Of a stretch of 35,009 bases of DNA, positions 23,398 through 35,009 are shown in pieces. The translations under genes were made by a program, and so were the position numbers. The notes beneath the pieces were generated by a model. The model made no database searches, was not told the origin of the DNA, and saw nothing but the letters and a program-made list of their open reading frames with translations. The number at the start of each line of letters is the position of its first letter. The stretch's first letter is position 1. Source of the DNA: Octopus sinensis (taxonomy: Eukaryota); NCBI RefSeq assembly GCF_006345805.1, contig NW_021829924.1:1-35009 (forward strand), read 5' to 3'.

Positions 23398-23515
23398 GAT
23401 GATTTCCCTGGTTTAATTCCTCTCATACACAAATATCTTGATTATATTGACTACGATTTCAGCAAAAGACCTAAAATAATGCAATACCTGAAATACATCT
23501 CAGACAAAGCTGCAG
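23398..23515 (+). CDS. GCLC: GCLC-like exon J (DDFPGLIPLIHKYLDYIDYDFSKRPKIMQYLKYISDKAAG)
   Basis: Acceptor tatcaacag, donor gtgaga. FPGLIP motif. Confidence 0.93.
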
Positions 23516-23897
23516 GTGAGATTATTCATTTTCCTCAAGAGTAATGTTATTTTAAATATACAACATTTATCTGTTAGTTACTTTTTCAATTATAAAATAC
23601 AATGTGAATCTGTATTTTATCCCTGTAACCCCTATTATTAATAAATCATCACACTCTAAACACTTATATGAAAGACCATGTGTGAATAGTATTCCTTCCA
23701 AATTATGTCCTGCGGTTAAATCATTCTACCATAGTTTGGTTTTAAACAAGATTTTCAAAACAATTATCACGGCTAACATTAATGAAGAAAAGAAACAGAT
23801 AAGTGTTTTTCTATTTGTGCCATAGATCATGGGGATAGGATATTGTTACAAAATACAGCGGAAAATAAGCCAATTTTTATTTTCATTTATTTTATAG

Positions 23898-24064
23898 GAA
23901 AGATAATGACAATGGCCCAATGGACAAGGCAATTTGTTACAAATCATGAAGAGTACAAGAATGATTCTTTTGTCAGTGACAGAATCACATACGATTTTAT
24001 TATGGAATGTGAAAAGATTGTCAACAATGAAGAAGGACTTCCACAACCATTTATCAAGTGTTAA
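23898..24064 (+). CDS. GCLC: GCLC-like terminal exon K (GKIMTMAQWTRQFVTNHEEYKNDSFVSDRITYDFIMEC...FIKC*)
   Basis: Acceptor ttattttatag, stop TAA. Aligns with [26 protein letters not shown]. Confidence 0.93.
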
Positions 24065-24110
24065 CAAAATTCTGACAACTTCATCTGTTACGAGCTACAA
24101 TCAGCCTAAA

Positions 24111-24790
24111 CTACAAAACTGTGTCCCCTCCCACAACTTTGTCTCCTGATAACTTATAGAACAATGGATATTCTTTTAACCACATTTTCAGCAAATACAC
24201 TTCAGATGCTTTAGATTATCATTATATCAGAATTTGATGTGAAAAAAATTATTTCTGAAGGTGAGGAGAGGAGTTTCGTAAAATTCACACAAGACAATAT
24301 TCCTCATAACTTTCAGAAAAATGAGTATTGTTGAATGAAATTTTCTACAAATTTCCTTCCACATAGTGTAGATTACAATTAACTATTATATAAGAATTTA
24401 AAATGAAAAGGTGGACTCGCATGCAATCATATTGACACACATTACACATCTACAAAATGTAACTTGAAATTTCTAACAAATATTCGAATGTATGTGTACT
24501 TGCCCAGCAATTTTATTTTTCACATTAAAATTTGATGTAAGCATAATCTACACCATCTGAAATGTATTTGTATAATTTTTCATTAAAAACACCCATTTTT
24601 CTGTAAGTTATGAGGAAGAAAAGCTGACTCATGTGAATTTTCCAAAACTTCTCACCCTTGGAAAAAATAGTTTTTATAACAAAATCCAATCAAACAGCCT
24701 GAAGCATATTTGTTGAAAATTTCAATGACAAATATCGATTTTATTGGAAGCTATGAGGAAAGAAAGTTGGTGGTGGGCACAGTTTTGTAG
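24111..24790. mobile_element. Fold-back / MITE-like element with long imperfect inverted arms (24111-24378 and 24545-24790)
   Basis: Termini ctacaaaactgtg / cacagttttgtag. Internal pairs aaaattcaca / tgtgaatttt, ttcctcataactttcagaaaaatg / catttttctgtaagttatgaggaa and gtgtagatta / taatctacac. Confidence 0.8.
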
Positions 24791-24837
24791 GTATGCCCTA
24801 CACATAATATATAACCTACATAACTATAATACAACTT

Positions 24838-25340
24838 TTATCTTACTTGTTTCACTCCATTAGACTGTAGCCTTGTTGGAACAGCACCTTGAGGAATTTT
24901 TGTCAAACTAATCAACGGCAGGACTTATTTTCTTTTTAAGGCACTTTGCCAAACTATTAAGCTAAGGGGATATAAACACACCAACACTAGTTGTCAGGTG
25001 ATGGTGGGGGGGCACACACAGACACACAAATAGTTAATCAAAAAAAAAAAAGAAACGGAGGAAAAATGCAATAAGAAAAAAACAACAATGCAATGACGTG
25101 GTACAGGCGAGGTTTTAACAAGGTGCTTAGAGAAGGAAAGAGTGGTTGTTTTGCGTTTCGAGTAAAGCTCTTCTTGGGAAACAAGGGACATGGGAAAGTC
25201 CAAAAGAAAAAGGCGGAAGAATACAAAAAAACAAATGGCCAATAGTCAACGTCTAGGCTCCTTTTAGTTTTCATCTACCAAATTCACTCACAAGGCTTTG
25301 GTAAGCATTAGGATATAGAAAACATAAGCCCAAGGTTTTT
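24838..25340 (-). mobile_element. SINE interrupted by a roughly 220 bp insert (25035-25255)
   Basis: The tail 24838-25030 and head part 25258-25340 match the SINE copies at 1047-1315 and 26965-27410. Confidence 0.65.
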
Positions 25341-25404
25341 GTGTGTATATGTATATATTATACACACATATATATATATATATATCCATATATATATATA
25401 TTAT

Positions 25405-25446
<42 letters not shown>

Positions 25447-25639
25447 ATATATATATATATATATCCATATATATATATATATATATATATATCCTATATA
25501 TATATTCCATATATTATATATCCATATATATATATATATATAATATCCATATAATAATATCCATATATATATATATATATATATATATCCATTATATATA
25601 TATATATCCATATATATATATATATATTATATAATATAT

Positions 25640-25690
<51 letters not shown>
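25341..25690. repeat. (TA)n array with periodic CC interruptions
   Basis: Direct reading. Confidence 0.95.
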
Positions 25691-26550
25691 CCTGTAACTC
25701 AACAGTTTGATAAACAGAAATAAATATACGTACCAAACAAATAAATACTGCAGTTGATAACTAAAAACCTTTAATCCTATCAGTGTATTCTTCAGTTGTT
25801 TTGTTTCAAGTGATATTTATCAATTAATCTTTGTTGTTAACTGTTCCCGCCTACCTCATGTGCGTATACAAAAAGATACAATTATATATATATAATCCAG
25901 AGATTTAAGGAGTCAATGGTTGTTGTGTTTATAATGTGAGCACAATACGTAATTTTGCTACAAAATTCCTTTGATCATATGTCTGTTTGGTTAAATTTTA
26001 GTTCATTAGGAAAGAATGTTATGAATTATAATATCCTATCAATAGTTTATTTCTACAATAGAGAATAATACATAAAAATATATAAATCATATTTTGTATA
26101 GGGTACGAAAATGACGTTCATATATGTATTCTGCCTAATACGAAACAACGACTCTACAATTAAGACAGTAATGATTAGCGGATTACACAGCGAATATAAT
26201 TCAAGTTTCAATAAAGTTTAATAAAAAACATTTTAAAGTATTTTCTGCTGATTTTATTCCCTATTGATTAATCTTAATTCAGTTATTTCGTATGATACGA
26301 ATGCGAAAGTAATGTGACGTAGCAAATTGCAATCAATAATTAATCGAAGCGCCATGTTTGAAGACGCCGGAAATTTATTTAACGGAAAAGAAAATTAATT
26401 TCTTCAATCATATACGAAGGTAAGTTAATTACTTTTCGATTTATTTACTTTGACATGGCGAAAATTACCCCAGTGATATTTCGTAACTTGTGTAAGTATA
26501 GATGGAAAGACTGATAGGATATTCCCTTCCTCCCTCTCTTTACACACACG

Positions 26551-26616
<66 letters not shown>

Positions 26617-26964
26617 CAGATATACGTGTATATACACACACACGCATATATATTACATAAAACAAAAAAGAAACTTGATTATTTCCGAAGAGTAGTACTA
26701 GATAACATTATTACTTTATATATTTGTGGGGTTTAATGAAATGTAAGTGATGAGTTAGTCAATGCTTATTTGTTAAAGGTACCAGCAGATTACTTTGATG
26801 TGTCTGTTGGTGTGCGCTTGTTCGTGTCCCCTTTCGCAGGCGTAAAACGAACACACCTATTACAGAAATTACAATATGAAAGGTATTATATGATGTTAGG
26901 GAAGTAAGTGTAGGAGATATTTTCTGCTATCTCCCAACTGAACAGGTCATAGACTTTTGTCGCT

Positions 26965-27168
26965 ATTTACTCTTTTACTCTCATTTAATTGTTTCAGTCA
27001 TTTGACTGTGGCCATGCTGGAGCACCACATTTAGTCGAGCATATCGACCCCAGGACCTATTCTTTGTAGGCCTAGTACTTATTCTATCGGTCTCTTTCGC
27101 TGAACCTCTAAGTTACGGGGACGTAAACAGACTAGCATTAGTTGTGAAGTGATGTTTGGGGACAAACA

Positions 27169-27245
<77 letters not shown>

Positions 27246-27580
27246 TCAACATATATACGATTGGATTATTTTAGTTTCCTTCCACCAAATCCAATGATAA
27301 GGCTTTGGTCGACCGGGGGGCTATAGTCGTAGACAATTGCACAAGATGCCAGGCAGTTGGAATGAACCCGACAATATGTGGTTCGTAAGCAAACTACTTT
27401 CCTGCGCCTATATTCATATATGCGACGGAGTTCTTTCATTTTCCGTCTACCAACTCCACTCAGAAGTCTTTGGTCGGCTCGAGGGTATAGTTGAATACAC
27501 TTGCCGAATGTGCCATGCTGTAGGACTGAACCCAGCACATTGCGGTTCGTAAGCAAACTGCTTATTACACGGCCATACAT
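26965..27580 (-). mobile_element. Full SINE (tail 26965-27170, CA/TA linker, head 27259-27410) plus a second tandem head (27424-27580)
   Basis: Both heads contain gaaccc (B-box-like on the minus strand), ggttcgtaagcaaact and ctttggtcg. Confidence 0.8.
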
Positions 27581-27706
27581 GTATATAAAAGACAATATAT
27601 TGTCTTCTCAAGCATGACATGTCACCAAAGGTGTCAGTTATTAGTCGTTGCGTCCGTGAATTTCAACAGTCAAAGATCATGCTTTACCACCTTGTCTAAT
27701 GCCTTC

Positions 27707-30326
27707 TTAACCCTTTCGTTATCAAACCGCCCGAAAAAAATTTTGGTTAATGTGACCAAACCGCCCAAACCCGCCCGAATTGACCTAGTCATATTTAAAT
27801 AAAAATATCAGAGCAAATCTCGTTAGTACATTCTCGAAAACACGTAATTATACTTCGTAAACATTCATCTACAGTTTTGTACAACGATCGACGTGTTATT
27901 TTGATTCCGTGAATTTTTTGAGATTTTTTTCCAAATTTTTTCCTGTTATATTTTTAAAATTTGTAATTCTGACAAAAAATGGATACAAATTTCGTTCTGT
28001 GAAGCAGCGATTCAGTATTCGAAGTATTTTCTACTGAAGACCTTAATAAATCTCACGCTATGACTGAAAAAGAAAAGCACTTGGTATTTGAAAATGAATC
28101 CGATGTTTCATTTTCCGATAGTGAGACCAGTGATTCCGAGAACTCCAACAGCGATGAAGATGTATTGGCTCCTGAATGGAGTGAAAATTTAAAAACTGTT
28201 TCTTCTATTGATTTTTCTGAAGAAACTGGACCAAGCCACAGTCTTTCTCAGGAGAGTAAAGCGATAGACTATTTTTTTTTATTATTTCCAGTGAGTCTGT
28301 TTGAACTCATTACGGCGGAAACGAACCATTACGCAAAATGTAAACAAAGTGAAAGAAAAGATAGTTTGTGGTTTCCCACAACATTAAATGAAATGGACTA
28401 TTTTGCCATTAATATTATTATGGGTATCAGGAAGTTACCCAGAATAACAAATTACTGGAGTAGCGATGAGCCCTTTGGAGACAAGTATGTCTTAAGTATA
28501 ATGGCGAGGACACGATTTCTAAAATTGACCCAATATTTGCATGTAAGAGACACGAGCAGTACACCAGTACGTGGAGAACCAGGCTTTGATCCCTTATTTA
28601 AAATAAGACCCATTATCGACTGTGTTCTAAACACATATAAAACTGTTTATAAACCGGGGAGATGGTTATCAATTGATGAGGGCATGGTGGGCTATAAAGG
28701 CTGGGTACGTTTCCGAAAGTACATGCCCGGAAAACCCCACAAATGGTGGATCAAAGTCTGGAAGAATTGCGAATCAAATACTGGGTACTGCTCAGGATTT
28801 GAATTTTATACATGCAAAAGAGACAATCATGTAAGTCAGCATGGCCTAGGGTACGATGTGGTCTTGAATTTATCACTTCCATACCATAACCAGGGCCGTA
28901 TATTATTTTTTAACCGATTTTTCAGTTCGGTCAAACTTGCGGAGAATTTAGATACTGTGGCAACACATACATGTGCTACAGTGATCGCTTGTAGAATAGG
29001 ACTGCCGTTGGATATAAAAAAAGCAAAATTAAAAAAAAAGAGGTGAATAATTCAACGGCAGAAAGGAAATTTGCTAGCAACCGCATACAGAGATAAGAGG
29101 CAGATCAATTTTCTGTCTACCTGTGCACGGCCACATGTGGATGAAAATGGCATGCCGTTTGTGAACCTCGATTATAACAGGTACATAGGTGGTGTAGATC
29201 AGCTGAATCAGATGATGTCTTACTATCCAGTTGGCAGACCGGGGAATAAATGGTGGCGATACCTGGTTTGGTATATAGTAAACATGAGTATTACTAATGT
29301 GTTTATACTATATACCAAATCGTGACCGGCTCGGAAGCGATGCGACCATCTGCGGTTCCAAGCAGATGTAGCAATGCAACTAAGAGCTGGTTATTCCTCA
29401 AAAAAAATAACTGTAGGGAGAAAAAGCAAAGCCTGCCAGAGGGATATCCCTCTGAATTCAGCCAATATCCATAAATTAGAAAAAATCGAGGGTTGCAAAA
29501 AGCAGTGTCGCGAATGCCTGCATCTAAAAAGGAAAGCTCCTAGTGGATGGGCTGTTGAAACAACTTTCCAATGTGCATTCTGCAAGGTTGCATTATGTCG
29601 AGTAGGGTGCGTTAGAAGTTTTCACGATAGGAATATTGTTTGATTTGTATCTATGTGTGATATGATTTTAGAAATATTTTCAGATTTACTTCGTTTTTAT
29701 TTTTCTTTCTGTAATTTTAATTTACTTGTTATTTTAATTTACCTGTAAGGTGGGTGACGAATTTTGATTAATTTCTTTTGTAAATCATTATTGTATTTAT
29801 GTATGTATCTATGCATTATTGTATCTGTGTATCTATGTATGTGGGAGAGCTTATTTAATCTAGTTGATGGTGTCTGTCTATTTTTTTTCTAGTTTTCTTC
29901 TTCAGAGACAAATTCCAGTCTTTTTGATTTACTTATACCTTCATGGTACACCTGTCTTGTGTGTGTTTAAATTCACCTGATGAATCCAGTAATGTGCACA
30001 ACTCTTCTATAGTAAAATTTTGTTGTATACCTAATTGAATATTAGCTAATAACCCATTTTCTATAGCGATGTTTGAACAAAAATTTTAATAATTTTATAT
30101 TTTGTTAAATGTACCTGTATCTACCTGCAATTAGAGTCACTTTGTGACCAAAGTTATTGTATAGAATTGGTTGAGAACCTTTCATTAAATTATCTTCCAA
30201 AATCAGATTAATATATTGATAAATAAAAAAGTTATAGTTGTTTAATTAAACCAGACTAAATTTATGATTATGTTAGAAATTAATTGAAACACATAAGGAG
30301 TGTAATTTGGTCAGAAATATAGTAAC
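27707..30326 (+). mobile_element. piggyBac-superfamily DNA transposon; left end intact, right end truncated
   Basis: TTAA|CCCTTTCGTTA left end, subterminal aaaccgccc repeats and a transposase. The right end stops at ...aaatatagtaac without GAAAGGG|TTAA. Confidence 0.85.
28060..29643 (+). pseudogene. piggyBac transposase (PGBD4-like) pseudogene
   Basis: ORFs 28060, 29071 and 29374 share one frame, split by TGA at 29044-29046 and 29323-29325. Motifs DPLFKIRP, SIDEGM, YMPGKPHKW, FFNRFF, YNRYIGGVD, KWWR and a C-terminal Cys-rich domain. Confidence 0.92.
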
Positions 30327-31120
30327 TACTTCTTCCACAGCTTCTCTCAACTGTTAGAGATCAGAACTTCTCCAGACAGCTGTCCTCATCTACATGCATC
30401 ACATGACCACACCAGCTCAGTCGTCTCTCTTGCACACTATACCTGATGATTCTTATGCCTAAATTTTCTCTCAAAACATTTAGATTTTGTTGTACATGCA
30501 CACTGATATTGCACATCCAGTGAAGCATGCTAGCTTAATTTTCTCCAATCCTATACATGTTCTCTGCAGTCACAGCCCATGTTTAACTGCCATGTAGCAT
30601 AGCTGTCTGCACAGGCATCATAAATCTGCCTTTCACTCTGAAGGAGAGTCCCTTAGTTACCAAACAAAGGAACGAGCTCCCTGAATTTGCTCAGCCTATC
30701 TTTATTTTTGCAGCCACACTCTTGATTCATCCACCTCTGCTACTGACTTTTTTACTCAACGATCTCTATCGTACACCTCTGGCATTTGATGAAGTCCATT
30801 TTCTGTACATTTTTAGTGTTTATTGTACATGTGCACCTTCCACATACAAAATGTATTTTCCCAGTTTACCTTCCTCTGATATTTCAACACCTATTATGTG
30901 TTACACTGAGTACATCTACCTACCCGTTTCCTTCAAATTGAGTAGGGCCATCTACCTGAAGGGCTTTACGATTTTTCTGCTTTCCTTCCTACTAAGACTT
31001 TGATTTTGGGTAGGTTAATTCTATGGCCTCTTGATTCTAGACATTGCTTACATAAGAGAAATTTGTTATCTAGTTCTGTTAGTGATTTAGTTATAAGAAG
31101 AAACTCATCAGTAAATAAGT
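30327..31120 (-). mobile_element. Diverged RTE LINE fragment of the same family as 14742-15600
   Basis: Reverse complement aligns with 15050-15420. LFTDEFLLI..LESRGHRINLPKIKVL corresponds to the LYADD region. Confidence 0.8.
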
Positions 31121-31519
31121 TTGAAAACTGTTTGCTTTCACAAACACTTTATGTACACAGATTGAAGCAATGAAAAAACTCCTTAGTATACCTGAAACGT
31201 GAAGGAAAACATGGTGGATAATGAAACGAATAAGGTATGGCTAATTGAATGTAATGTAATAATGATAATATATGTATGTTTAGTTGTAATCCTCTATTCC
31301 CTCCCCAAGAGGGAAGCAAAGAAGACTGATAATATGTATTAAATGGTTAACGAAAATACGATAATTAGTGTTAGAGACAATTAATCAATATTGATGATGT
31401 GACGATAAAGGGGCAATGTGACATTTGTGCGTCATGCTTTTGTGACAGTCTTTGCGAGTCTGGCAGAGCGACAAACAGGATACTTGCTGGATGGGGAATA
31501 AACTGCATCCGGCAAGGGT

Positions 31520-31930
31520 CTAACGCCCATCCCTTCGTCACTGCCTCTATTCATGCCGAGGCAAGCATCGGGTTTCGCCAGTTCCCATTCACGACCGACC
31601 CAAGCTATCCGTTACAACGCTATGGCAGACACTGAATGCCAGTCGTGTCTCTCTGGGAAAAGTCTCCTATCTAAAGCGGGCCTGGATTAGCGTGAACTTA
31701 AAGTGGTCAACATAACAATGAGTGCTGCTCATAGCAGTTCCATAGATATCGTCAGTGTCCTGACTCGAAGTGCACGACCCGTGAATATGCGTACATCACT
31801 CCTTCAACTGACAAACTGTTCCTCTCCAACCAAGCGTGTGCCACTGTCGTGCTATTCATCCCCAATTCTCCAGAATTGGAGAAAAGTGTGGCTATGTAGT
31901 CGCCCCGACCTAGATATCTGGAACCGATGT
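31520..31930 (+). mobile_element. Ty3/gypsy-type protease remnant (copy 1)
   Basis: HPFVTASIH...AMADTECQSCL...VNITMSAAHSSSIDIV. Homologous to 34175-34350. Confidence 0.65.
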
Positions 31931-34617
31931 TATCTGCTTCATATTGACATCGATTGGAAAAAGTGAAAACAGCCCATACTATTGCGTTGTGTCGTCTAGA
32001 AAGGAAACGATTTAATGTATCTTTGATAGAAGGGTAGATTCTTAACCCATTTAACTGGTTATAAAGATGTTTATAATTATGTCCATCGTTTTCAAAGGGA
32101 GGTAATTTTAAAATACGTCTTGGTATTTTAACAAATCTTAGTTGTTACTTCCCTTACAAAGGGAAATATATATATATTTTTGAATATTTAAGTGAGATTT
32201 TTGCCTTCAAATATCTTAAATTTTGCAGGCACAATGTATGGAACCACTGGTATGAAGGTGAAATCGATTCAGACGGAATCTGAACTCGGAACATAAATTT
32301 TGACAAAATATAAAACTGTCTCGTTTATTTTTCTTTAATACACGCACACACGTGTGTTTGGATATATCTATATATCTGCATGCATGTGTGTGTGTGTAGT
32401 GTTACCGTGAAAGTGTTTGTATGCGTGTACGTGTTGCGCGTTTGTATGTGTGTGTGCGTGTGTATCTATATGTATGTATGTGTGTGTGCGTGTGTATCTA
32501 TATGTATGTATGTGTGTGTGTTATAGTGAGGTTTAGGCTTAGGGCTATATGGTTAGTTTTTGTTTTCTCGTACACAATGACTTCGACATGGTGTCACTTT
32601 GCTCGTCTTACAGCTGTTGCTCGTCATTCACCTTGTCGCCTCCATCTCTGTACATTACTCCTTTCTTTCCTAATAAGTCTTGTTCCTTTCGTGAAGTAGA
32701 AGACATCTTGTTATATTTCACGTCCCTTGGTAACAAATATTCAACAATGCCCCATTGCCTACTATAATAGGAGAAAGGAAACCAAGGATGGAAACATGTA
32801 ATTCTTCTACTGTTTTCCACAGGATATAGTAATTTGTTGTTAAACATATTCGTAAAGGTAATGCGTTTCCGAATATGTAATGACTAGTGGTTACTTGATA
32901 ATATACGTTGACGCATAAGAAAATATTTCTGATATCTCCTATTATTTATGTGTAGATCACAGTTTTTTTCGACCTCGTTTGTGAGATTAGGAAGTAAAGA
33001 AATGGTGGTTAAAGAAGCAGACAATAGAACTCTGTCTACTGTCTGTCAGTGAATTTGATACCGTAATGTTCGCGAATTAGAGAATCCTCCTTCCAGTAGC
33101 AGTTACAATTTTATTTATTGATCCTCTTTTGCTTGTAATCGTTGCCTTGCTTTGTAGACGTCAGTGCCCATCGGACAGCGTGGCAACAGTCCCATTCAAT
33201 GAAAATCTCACCCGACAAGGTCCGTCATCGCCGCAGCTGTAAGTAACGAGGAGTGACCTTACTTTGAGCTGAGATGTTCAGACTACACACAAGCCATTGG
33301 ATTTAGGTGTAATGACATAGTCTTCCATTTTCTCGAATGCTGCAATAAGACCTTCAGAAAAGATCTCACATGGACGTTTGGTGCACTGGCCTCCAGCGAT
33401 GAAAGAAGAGTCCTCACTCACATTAAGTCCATGGCTGTCCGCCAAGAAAATGTGATGGGCGTTCGTGTGCAGGTATGGCAAATACGCCTGGATCGAGACG
33501 AACCTGTCGGGAGATTTGCTGCATATCTTCGATGGCAGTCATGTGTCTGTAACTTTGAAGTTGAATGCCGCTGGGAGGCCTTTGTATGCCACGATTGATT
33601 ACAGCGACGTCATAGTTCGCGATGCTCATGTACGTGTGTTGGAGGACGAGGAGATACGCCTTGACACCATCGGTGAATCGAAGTAAGAGATGACCTTGGA
33701 AGAAGCCTCGATGTACGTCGAGAAAAAAGTGCAAAACGCTCAGCCAGCCGCTTCTTGGGCCACAGCACTTCCTCGATCACCGTGGCCTCAAGTTCAAATA
33801 GGCAGCACTTTCAGCGTTTGGTCAATAAATGCGGCAAACCCATGATACACCCAGCGCAAATCCTTGCAGTCACTGCAGAAAGCACGATTATAGACGTCAT
33901 GTACAGGAAGGCATGAAGAAATTCTCCGCCTACAACCACAACTAGGCTACGTGTGGCATCCTGTATCACCATGAGAATGTCTTCCACCGATAACGCCGTC
34001 CTTATCGGCAGGTTCCAATCAACGCAGCTGACATGGAAGACCACGCATCTGCAATATTCAACAGCCTATGGCTTCTAGTCGACCTCCCAAACGGATTATC
34101 TACCCTACTAATAATTGTTGACAACATGTGTATAATGAACCCTGCAATTCCTTGATAAAATTCTCTTCAGACCTTCATCCCTTTGTCACTACCTTCATTC
34201 ATACCGATGCAGCTGCCACGAAGAAATCGGGCTTCGCCACTCCCCTTTCACGACCGACCGAAGCTCTCCGTCGCAACGCTATAACAGACACTGGATGCCA
34301 GTCGTGCCTGGCTGGACGAGGTCTATGGAAACAGGGCCTGGACCAGCGTTGATGTAAACGATTTTATCTGCTTTGTATTGACATCGTTTTCAAAGGGAAA
34401 TTATATTTAAACGCTTCCCTACATCCCTTAGGAGGTATTTGAAAAGATGTGAGATTTTTGCCTTACAATATCGTAAATGTGTCTTAAATGTGGCAGGCAT
34501 AATGTATGAATCCAAGGGTGTGGAAGTGAAGTCGACTCTGACAGAAAGGAAACTCCAACATAAAGTCTGACAAAGTACAACTAGCTCGTGCACCTTTCTT
34601 TAAACACTCTCTCTCAC

Positions 34618-34648
<31 letters not shown>

Positions 34649-35009
34649 TGTATGTGTGTGTATGTATGCATCTGCACGTGTGTGTAGTGTTTGATTGAAG
34701 GTGTATGTATGCATGTTCGTATGTGTGCTAGGAGTTTGTATGTGTGTATAGTGCGTGTATATGTATATGTATGTTGTGTGTTTATAGTGAGGTTTAGGGT
34801 TATGGCTATAGGGTTAGTTGTCTCTTTGACTCTCGTACACGATTACTTTGACATACGTCCACCTTGTTCATCTTACAGCTGTTGCTCGTCATTCACTTTG
34901 TTGCCTCCATCTCTGTACTTAACTCTTTTCTTCCCTAATAAATCTTGTTCCTTTCGTGAAGTAGAAGACATCTTATTACATTTCACACCCCCTGTTAACA
35001 AATATTCAA
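31527..35009 (+). repeat. Diverged tandem duplication: 31527-32744 versus 34175-35009 (continues beyond the window)
   Basis: Collinear matches 31527/34175, 31925/34359, 32192/34448 and 32522/34783, through aacaaatattcaa at 32744/35009. Confidence 0.9.
33150..34350 (+). mobile_element. Ty3/gypsy-type gag-protease remnant (copy 2)
   Basis: MAVRQENVMGVRVQ..DRDEPV..FAAYLR, DYSDVIVRD..LEDEEIRLD..MTLEE, decayed CCHC knuckles (CSHCRKH; TCGILYH) and the aspartic protease motif DTGCQSCL. Confidence 0.75.

Larger units (their letters stand above)
720..24064 (+). other. GCLC: Span of the 3' part of a GCLC-like gene (11 coding exons; 5' exons lie upstream of the window)
   Basis: Manual splicing gives exons of 59+218+117+139+113+87+105+82+65+118+167 nt. 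All introns are GT-AG with compatible phases, and the single open frame ends in TAA at 24062-24064. Translation follows eukaryotic GCLC motif order (INVPIYKD, HIYMD, LQVTFQ, DCRW, DDRT, RDP, VEFR, QLTDFEN, FPGLIP). Confidence 0.93.

Noticed and set aside
29044-29325. In-frame TGA codons in the transposase as possible selenocysteine or readthrough
   Set aside because: They do not fall at Cys positions. They are better explained by small indels near an A-run and CGA-to-TGA decay, alongside catalytic-site mutations.
32529-32556. TTAGGG-like motifs (also 34790-34817)
   Set aside because: Too short and degenerate to call an interstitial telomere.

Overview
AT-rich, microsatellite- and transposon-dense animal genomic DNA. 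The SINE families and (TA)n load resemble octopus/cephalopod DNA (inference). The window holds the last 11 coding exons (720-24064, + strand, all GT-AG, frame intact, about 422 aa) of a glutamate-cysteine ligase catalytic subunit (GCLC)-like gene. Several normally near-invariant active-site motifs of this gene are rewritten, which suggests a divergent paralog. Introns and the 3' flank carry decayed elements: a Penelope-like element, RTE, CR1-group and R4/Dong-like LINE fragments, tRNA-derived SINEs, TTAA-flanked MITEs, a piggyBac transposase pseudogene and a tandemly duplicated Ty3/gypsy remnant. Structures the ORF track does not show include a complete type I hammerhead ribozyme motif on the minus strand (4016-4107) and a roughly 680 bp fold-back inverted repeat starting 46 nt after the GCLC stop codon.
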